From: Blastocladiella emersonii ATCC 22665
Lineage: Eukaryota; Fungi; Blastocladiomycota
Reading direction: 5' to 3'
NCBI GenBank assembly: GCA_025594325.1
Contig: JANHCV010000016.1
Span: 372,001-436,000, forward strand
DNA: 64,000 nt
Within the stretch, counting starts at the first letter, position 1. Every line of letters starts with the position of its first letter. The notes beneath the pieces were generated by a model that did not search any database, was not told where the DNA came from, and saw only the letters and a list, made by a program, of their open reading frames with translations. Shown here piece after piece: positions 55,862 through 64,000 of the stretch. Made by a program: the position numbers and the translations under genes.

Positions 55862-58401
55862 CTATGGCGGCGTAGTGGATGTGCGCGACTGCGCGGCGAC
55901 GTCGGACACGCCCGAGTCGGTCGTGATCGCCGTGGTTTCTCCAACGAGTGCCGCTGCTGCTGGTGGTGGTGGTGGTGGTGGTGGTGCTGGCGCGCCGACA
56001 GCTACTGCCGCGGCCGCAGCGACAGCCGCGAGGACGGCCGGGTCGAGCGCGGGTACTGGCGGCTGGCCGTCGGGTCCGCTGAACATGACGAACGGCGACG
56101 CGACGGGGTACCCGTTGACCGTGGTGACGAGCAGTGGGAGGCCGAGCGACGCCGGCGTTGTTGGTGTTTCTGGCGGCGTCGCGCCCACGGCCGCCGCAGT
56201 CGGCGAGAGTAGATTCGGCGCCGCGGGAGCCGGCGACCCGGTCGCGCCGAGAATCGTGTACCCGCCGAGCTGCTGCGCGCTCCATGGCATGAGCACGGTG
56301 CCCGGCGGGAACGCGGACGGCGGGAGGTGGACGGGCGACGCGAGCGCGGTGCCCGGCTGGTCGCCGCCGTGGTACCGCAGCTCGGGCGACGTCGAGTGCG
56401 GGCGCGGGACCGTGACGGACAGCGACGGCGAGAGGAGCGTCGCCTGTGGCGGGAGCCGCGCGGTCGTGGTATCGCCGAGCTCGCGGACGGGCTGCGTCGC
56501 ATCTGGCAGAAGGCCGAACCCGAACCCGAACGCGCCGGCTGGCCCACCAGCGACGCCGCCGCGCGGGTCCACGGCGCCGCCGTGCGACGACGGCGGCGAC
56601 GAGGTCGTTGGAAGGACCGGCCGGCGGCGCCCGTACAGCGTCTGGATCTGGTGCCGGATGAAGATCTTCTCGGGCGACTCGGCCATGCGTGCGCGCGCGA
56701 CGAGGTGCCAGTACGCGATCGAGAGGCCGACGATCGCGGCCATGACGCCGAGGATCACCGCGTAGAAGACGGGTTGCTGCACGAGCTGTCCGACCATGCC
56801 GAACATGACCGCGATCGTCAGCGAGACGCACGCTCCCACTAAACCGAGCGGGCTCGCGAATGGCCGCGGGAGCGTCGGCAGGCGAAAGTACAGGGCAATG
56901 TAGCTCGCCAACTCCAGCACGTAGCTCGTACACGCGAGCCACACGGCAAACTGCAGGATCGCGAGCGACGTGCTTGCGTCGATGTTCGGGCAGTACACGG
57001 GAAGCACCGCGCTGACCGCCGCCGCGCGCGTGCTGCCGTCGAGCACCTCGCGCACCGTCGGAACCCCGAGATCCGTGCCGTGCGCCTCGACGCTGACGGA
57101 CCCAGGCGTCGGGAGGTCGCGTGACGGGACAGCGTTGAGGACGGCAGCCACGACCATGGCCATGGCGCACGTGAGCCCGGTCGCGAGCAGCGGGGATCCG
57201 TGGAGGCCGGTGCGCGAGATGCGCGTCGGCAGGACGCCCGCGCGCGAGAGCGTGTAGACGTGGCGCGCGGCCGCGTACACGCCGGCGACGAGCGAGAGGA
57301 ACAGCGGCGGGAGCACGACGACGGCGACGATGATGCGCATCGCGGGCGACCGCGCGTGGAGGAACGTCGAGTGCGGGCTGCTCGGGTCGGCCTGGCAGAA
57401 GGTCGCCGACGGGTTCGGCAGGCGCGTGCACACGAGGTACAGGGCATGGTCGAAAAGAGGGTGGTTCGAATCGGCAAACTGCGCGGCGCGGAAACCAGCG
57501 ACGGCGGCCGCGGACGGCGTGCTCGACGCGTCAGGGAACATGGTCTCGGGCGCGGTCGCGAGCAGGCTGAGCGCAAAGAAGGCGATGATGAAGAACGAGT
57601 AGAGCGCCGCGTTGGGCGCGGTACGGAAGATCTTGCGCGCCTCCTCGGACGCCGTCGGGAACGACTCGATGCCGACGTAGAGCCTATACGCGCCAGAGGA
57701 GATCAGCGTGGTCCTGCACAGCGCAGGAGCGGGCAAGCGTACCATGCAGCGTACGGGAACGCGCGCGTGACGCCGCCGAGCGAGAGCCCAGGCGCGACGA
57801 GCGGGACGTTACCCAGCGACGGCGTGGCCGCAAACGCCGGCTGCTTGGCGGGGGTGATGATGAGCGTGAGGGCGAGGTAGGTGACGAGGAGCGCACAGCA
57901 GTACACGGAGAGCACAAACACGAGCTTGAAGAGCCGCGTCGGGCGCCAGTGGACGGCGAGGACGACGAGCGAGAGGGCGAGCCAGTAGACGACGACGGGG
58001 ACCGACTCGCCGCCGGGTATCACGATGGCGGCGAAGGTGCCGAGCGTCTGGAGCACGGTGGCGGCGAGGAGCGTGTAGCTCGCGGCGTAGACGCCGCCGG
58101 TGATGGCGCCGGCGGCCGAGTTCATGGCGACCTGCGCGAAGGCGGCGGGCCCGCTGGCGAACGGCAGGGCGCAGCACATCTCGCACACGCTGAAGACGAG
58201 GCCCGAGTACATGACAGTGGCGAGGACCGTGGCCACGACCATGTTGGACCAGCCGAGCAGCAGGCCGGCGGACCAGCCAAAGAACTCGCCTGACACGACG
58301 ATGCCGACGACATAGCCGGCGAGCTGGAAGGCGCCGATGAAGGGTGACGCGAGCTTGCGCTTGCCGAGGTAGTTAACGGCATCGGACGCGCCGCGGGGCA
58401 T
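55862..58401 (-). CDS. APC-family permease, Eat-like, tandem paralog B; 2 exons
   Basis: YLGKRKL, VSGEFFGWS, EMCCALPFASGPAAFA, WLYVGIESFP.ASEE, LPRPFASP. Intron 57684-57742. Confidence 0.85.
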
Positions 58402-58765
58402 CACGGCGGCCGGAGGCGGGTGGGCGGAGCGGTCAGGGTGAGCGGCGGCGGGACGATGGTGCGGCCGGGAGAGATACAGCGGGTGAGGAAGACGAGGAGG
58501 TAGCGACAAGGTTGGTCGTCGTGGTGCACGGAACGGGGAGCGCGAGCGTCTTGAAGGCGACGGCAGGGACGGGTCCTGCGAGTGGACCCGTTCTGCTTCA
58601 GCCTCAGCGGCGTCGATGGCAAGATATCAGCGTGGCTGCTACAAGCGCGGCGTAGAGGTCAAACGGAGGTCATGAGCGCGCGCCGTGGCGGCGCTAGACC
58701 AGATGAGATGGCGAGGCGGACCTCGGGCGTGCGGCTATCGATCACCAGATGCGATGTGCGTAGCT

Positions 58766-58769
<4 letters not shown>

Positions 58770-58795
<26 letters not shown>
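58770..58795. repeat. (AG)13 microsatellite
   Basis: Direct read of the sequence. Confidence 0.9.
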
Positions 58796-58796
<1 letters not shown>

Positions 58797-59311
58797 CGAG
58801 GTTGAGAGGAGACGAGCGTAGTCGCAGAGGTTCCGGCGTGCGGGGGAGAGCGAGCACGGGAACAGCTCGCCCGGCAACGGTCGCGGCGGGCCGGTTTCGT
58901 CCGCTTGGCGCCGATCAAGGCGTTCGACGAGGTTTATGATGCATGGGTTTCCGAGAGCAAAGCGCTTCGGAGGAGAGAGAGAGCGGTCGGCCAGGCCTCC
59001 GCCGTCGTCAAGTCCGGGGCCGAGGGCTGAGCAGGAAAGCTTTCTCGGAAAAGTCGGCCCGGTCGATCAGAGATCGGCAAGTGGCCGCGTCAACTCGCCG
59101 ACCTGCACGCCGACTCGGAACTCCGCCGGCACCTGCACCCCAACGTACACATCAACGTTCACAAAACATGTATACCAAGGTGCAGAGGGGGGAGGAGGAG
59201 AGGGCCAGCCTTGGGCGAGGCGCAGCCGGGCGAGGAGGGATAGGGGTGTGGGTAGGGTAGAGGTAGGAGGGTTCGGCGATCGTCGCCGCCGCGGCCATCA
59301 CGATATCGCGC

Positions 59312-60193
59312 TTAGCGGTAGACGTGCTCGCTGCGGATGTTGTTGGCGAGGGTGACCTCCCACTTGTCGCCGTTGGCGAGGAGCTTCTCCTTGTTGGCGA
59401 GCAGCTCCTCGTGGGTCTCGGTGGCGTACTCGAAGTTGGGGCCCTCGACAATGGCGTCGACGGGGCACGCCTCCTGGCAGAAGCCGCAGAAGATGCACTT
59501 GGTCCAGTCAATGTCTGTGTGCACATCGCGAGATGCGTTAGTGGTGATCTCGGCTCGCTCTTGCGAATACGAACGTACCGTAGCGCGTGGTGCGGCGACT
59601 GCCGTCGGGGCGGTTCTCGGCCTCGATGGTGATGGCCTGGGCGGGGCACACGGCCTCGCAGAGCTTGCAGGCAATGCAGCGCTCCTCGCCTACAATCGAG
59701 AAGGAGAGCGCGTGAGTTTGGCCCGATTCAGCGCTTGCAGCGGGAACCAAGACGTACCCGAGGGGTAGCGGCGCAGGGCGTGCTCACCGCGGAAGCGGGG
59801 CGACAGCGGGCCCTTCTCGAACGGGTACAGGATCGTGTATGGCGGCTTGAAGAAGTTCTCGAGGACTGGACGCGCGTGTGGGGGGAAGTGAGTGGACCCA
59901 GCGGGAGCAGCAGCAACAGATCAAGGCAACGCACCGAGGTACATGCCACGGAACAGCTCGGTGAGCAGCAGGATCTCGGCGGCCTTGTCGAGCGCCTTGC
60001 CCTTGTACTCGCGCACCTCCATCTGGTACGGGTCGGCGAACCGGTTGTAGATGGACGGCGGCACGGCGCCCTCGCGGTCCGAGTAGATGCCGCGGGCGAC
60101 GCGCGACGTGGACAGCGCGGCCGACGGCGCGGCGATGCGGGTGGCCAGCGCACGCGACGTGCGGGCCATGAGCGTCGAGCGGAGCGAGATCAT
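59312..60193 (-). CDS. NDUFS8: Complex I Fe-S subunit TYKY / NuoI; 4 exons
   Basis: Presequence; [24 protein letters not shown]; two 4Fe-4S motifs [12 protein letters not shown] and [12 protein letters not shown]. Confidence 0.95.
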
Positions 60194-60623
60194 GGTGGCG
60201 GTGGTGGCGGGACACACACTGGCGGGTTGCGAGGCGGCGCAGCAGGAGCAGGAGCAGGAGCAGCAAGAAGCGTGGCGGTTACGCGTTGGTGTAGGCGTCG
60301 TGGCGGAGCAGCAGCAGCAGATACATGGCAGCGGGCGGGGCGGCGCGGTTAGACACGGCGATGATACATGGTTTGCGGGCAGTAGAGCGGCGCGTGCCCA
60401 CCTTCTCGCGCGGCAGGTGTGCGATACGATGGTCGGCGCGCGATCGCAATGGCGGCGCTCATGGTGAACGCCCGGGCCAGCGAGGCCGAAAAAGCGATCC
60501 AAACTAGGTCACCCGCCATCACCTGATGTCTCCGCCGCGCGCTGCCGCGATCGTCGCGAGCCCCATCGCGTCTGTCTCGCACCTCATCTCCCTCTCTCCC
60601 CGTCTATGCATCTTACCGCCACC

Positions 60624-61075
60624 ATGAATCTATTGCATGCAGTTACCCGCACCATGGCCACGGCCGTGCGCGTTGGCCCGCCGCCACTTGGCCGGCCCGC
60701 GCCCGCCGCGAACATGACCCTCAACCACGTCCGTGTTCGCCCGACCGCGCTCTCATAGAGGCTGTTGGCTGACGCTAGAGTCCTCCTTCAGTTCATTCTC
60801 CGGTCACAGGCCCTCGCGCTGTACCGCAACTACCTCCGCCACCTCAAGCGTACGCGCTCGTCCTCCTCGACCAGCCACCGTACCGGCTCCTCACCGAAAT
60901 CTGTACCACAGCATTACAGGACCGCGGCACGCGCGACGAGATGCGCAAGTGGATCCGCGGCGAGTTTGAGCGCACGCGGTTCGAGACGGACACGGAGAAG
61001 ATCCGCACGCTCATCGCGAACGGCCGCACCGAGCTGAAGCGCGTCGTCGCCCTCGTCGGCCTCAGCGTCGCGTGA
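60624..61075 (+). CDS. LYRM2: Mitochondrial LYR-motif protein, LYRM2-like; 3 exons
   Basis: Spliced product ...TLNHFILRSQALALYRNYLRHLKPLQDRGTRDEMRKWIRGEFERTRFETDTEKIRTLIANGRTELK... Introns 60729-60791 and 60850-60911. Confidence 0.8.
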
Positions 61076-61117
61076 TATGACCATTTTGACCCCATGTATA
61101 GATCCACTTGTTTTACC

Positions 61118-63435
61118 TCACTCTGCTCCGACCTGAACCGCTGCCGACTGCCCCGCCCAGTCCTCGGGCACCACCGCCGATGGCGGTCGCTCGAGCAACG
61201 CGCGGTGCCGCTGCATCGCCGCGAGCCTGGCCGCGCGCTTGGGCGCCTTGAGCTCGGCCTTACGCCTTGTGAGCTCCGCGAGCCGCTCCTCGAGCGCGGC
61301 GATCTGGGCCCTCGCGTCGTCCTGCTCGCGGGCCTGCTTGTCGCGCTCTCTTGCCATGCGGCACTGCGACACGTACAGCGGCTGGGTGACGAGCTCAAAG
61401 TACTCGCGCAGGCCGTCGTTGTTCTCGATGCGGACGTACGCCTTGATCGCCTCGCGCATCTCGGCGTCGGCCTGGCCCTCGACGCGCGCGCACTGCGCGT
61501 CCAGGTCGGTTTTGCGGGCGTCGGCGCGCGACTGGATCGCGTCAATCGCGCCGACGAGCGGCGCCGCCTGCGCGTCGAGGAACCCCGGATCCTCGGTCAG
61601 GCACCTCTTGAGCTCGTGCAGCTCCGTGATGGCGCGCGACAGCTCGGCCAGGTCCGTGTGCCGCACCTGGCACTCCTGACGCAGCTCGCGGATCCGTTTC
61701 GCCGCGCGCACGCGGATGTCCTCGCACTCGCGCTGTACCTCGAGCTGCTCGGCGCGCAGACGCGAGCGCAGCTCGAACAGCGACTTGTCCTGCTGCGCCA
61801 GGTCGTTGAGCGCCGACGTCATGCGCGCGTTCTACGCTCGCATGAGGTCAGTTTAGGGATGAGCGGACTGGGGTGAGAGATGTACGTGCGATGCTGTCGG
61901 CCGTCTCCTGGTGCAGCTGGCGAAGCTCTCGCCGCATTACCTCACTACTTTCAGGCGTCAGTCCACGCACTCGTGCCGTGCGGACGAGACACGTACAGCT
62001 TCTCGTAGCGCGCGTGAATGTCGCGGACCAGGCGCGTCTTGGTGATGATCCTACCCGCCGTCCCGCGTCAGTTTCGCCACCCTCACCCTCACCCCTCACC
62101 ACAAGCACCGTACTCGATCCGCAGATTCTCGAGCTTCCGCCTCCTCGTCTCGGCGGCGCGTCGGGACCGCGCGCTCTTAGAGCTGCGCCACGCCATGTAG
62201 TTGGTCCTGCGGCGGTACTGGAGCAGCTTCTCGGCCATCTCCTTGAGCGTGTTGACCTGGACGGGCCGGCCGACGACCAAACCGTCGGCACCGTTGGTCC
62301 CCGCCGCCCCGGCAGCCGCACCCCCGCCCTGCCGCGTCCGGTGGCCGTGGTGCCCGGCGCGGTGCGCATTCGACCCGCGCCCGCCGTGGTGCGGCCCGCC
62401 GGGCTGCTTGCTGTGGCTCGTGCGCGAGCTGCCCGTCTGCGAGCCCGCATCGGGCGGGGTCTCGCCGTCGCCGTCGCCATCCTCACTGCCCGGCGCCTCG
62501 GGCTGCGCGTCGATAGAGAGGGCAGCCGCCGAGGAGGCGGACTTGGCCGCCGCCCGCTCACGCGGGTGCAGCACGACGCGAAAGTGGCGGCGCGGGCGGT
62601 AGATTCGGCGAAGCTCGGCGGCGGGGACGACGGCGACGGGTGATGCCGCATTTGGAGTTGCGGGCGACGTGGTGCCGTGGCCGCGGATGTACACGACGGG
62701 TTTGAGCTTAGTCGGGACCGCGGTCGCGCTGGCCGGCCCGTGCGTCGGATGAGCCGCGACGCGCGGCGGCGCGGGCGAGCGGGGTCGTTGCGGGTCGTGT
62801 GCGGGCGAGAGCGGGAGTGGTGGAGGCGGCGAGGTCAGAGGTGGTGGAGGCGGCTTCGCGGTCGGCGCGTTGGAGAGCGCCTTGGTGCCCGGTGACGCGT
62901 AGCGGGTCGACGGCGCGGCGCGTTCATCCTCGGCCAGCCCGGCAGGCGCGTGCGGGATCAGGCGGCGCATGGACCCGGTGCTCCCGGGCATCGGAGACCG
63001 GATCGCGCGCATGCGGTCGAGCCGCGACATGGGCTTAGTGGGTGCGAGCGAGTTGGAGGAGCCGAGCGGGGAGGCCGGACCCGCGAGCGCGCGCAGCGGG
63101 GGCATCTCGAGTGCGCCGGCGCCGCACGATGCCGAGGGCGATGGCGGGGTTGGCGCGACCGAGGCGAAGGATCCGGCGCGCGAGCCCATGAGGCCGAGTG
63201 ACAGGCGGTCGCCGTCGGCCTCCTGGCTCGCACCAGCGGCGGCGGCGAAGAGCGAGCCGGGCAGCGGGCGCGCGAACCCGGACTTGCGCAGGGCGCGCTT
63301 GACCTTCGGGTGATCATTGGGTTCCCTGGTTGTCGGCAGGCTCACGAGGGTGCCGTGCGAGGTGGCGCGCACGGCGCGGACGTGCAGGGTCGGGACGGCG
63401 TCGCGGTTGGCCGACGCGAGCGAGCGGGCCGACAT
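61118..63435 (-). CDS. Hypothetical protein: disordered N-terminus, coiled-coil C-terminus; about 4 exons including a GC-AG intron
   Basis: ORFs 62089-63435 and 61118-61822 are linked by two short exons (IITKTRLVRDIHARYEKL; EVMRRELRQLHQETADSI); no family recognised. Confidence 0.65.
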
Positions 63436-64000
63436 GGCGGGTTCATTGGCTTCGTTTCATGTGGTTCGCGTGGTTGAGGGAGTGTGAGCACGTCGTCGAC
63501 ACGCTGAGCAAAAGTGTCTCGCACCGGGGCGCGAGAACGTGTCGCGAAACGGCGTGAGGTCACGCGGGCCGCCGCCGCTCGTTTCTCGCCTCTCGTTTCA
63601 CGGCGCCGCACAAGCGGGCGCCACTTTCCGCGCCGAGCTCGGCCACCGCCACACCTCCTCGACCCTGCTTTCCTACGCTCGAGCGATTATAGACGGCGCA
63701 CTGCCACTTGCAGCATCCTGCTCGGTACGGCCATGGCGATGTGATCCTGCCGTGGGCAATGGCGGTGGAGGGGGGTAGAGGCAGACCAAGTGTGCGGCGT
63801 CGGGCTTGCCTGCACTCGCTTGACCAGCTCGGCTGCCCCCACCCCACGACCTCGCTCCCGCACTCTCATTAATCGACGACCTCGCTGCTGCTGCGCACCG
63901 GCCCAACTACAGTGTAGACGCCCACCACCGCTCATCACTCTCCCCAACTGCGTGCTCGCGCATCGTGTTGCAGCATCGCATCTCGCCCTACACCTAGACG

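Noticed and set aside
14433-58401. Phospholipid head-group salvage cluster (PhoD + GUT2 + ethanolamine permeases)
   Set aside because: Spread over more than 40 kb with unrelated housekeeping genes between; permease substrate untested.
59440-59520. NDUFS8 substitutions ([16 protein letters not shown]) versus the usual DIDMTKCIY, LLYNKEK
   Set aside because: All eight Cys ligands are intact and aromatic variants occur in NuoI homologs; no basis for a functional claim.
1-64000. CRISPR arrays, rRNA, tRNA, retroelement or viral genes
   Set aside because: No regularly spaced repeats, RNA-gene signatures or RT/integrase/capsid motifs seen; short repeats are microsatellites or low-complexity coding tracts.

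Overview
GC-rich, intron-containing eukaryotic DNA. Most introns are about 55-110 nt with GTACGY donors and YAG acceptors. The fungal-type ZDS gene together with the flagellar central-pair gene SPEF2 points to a zoosporic fungus; Blastocladiomycota is an inference from GC content and gene content. Gene order: partial mitochondrial-presequence gene, orphan ORF, TRM2, myristoylated hypothetical, giant TM/TPR/heme-PAS sensor, two PhoD phosphatases flanking a C2H2 transcription factor, 4-TM protein, GUT2, ZDS1, PP2A A subunit, glucosylceramide synthase, SPEF2, two bacterial-type ethanolamine-permease-like APC transporters, NDUFS8, LYRM2 and a coiled-coil protein. The dominant structure is a near-perfect 6.9-kb inverted duplication (6730-13667 vs 24256-31193) around a unique 10.6-kb phoD-ZF-phoD-TM cassette. 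The junctions suggest the second arm was inserted into another gene and the centre then flipped, or is assembled in one of two orientations. Each arm carries a 55-aa secreted micro-ORF, absent from the ORF track, made of a signal peptide plus the PhoD pro-segment motif. A third, ORF-less copy of its promoter lies at 32288-32480. All alignments and gene models were made by eye and no database searches were run.
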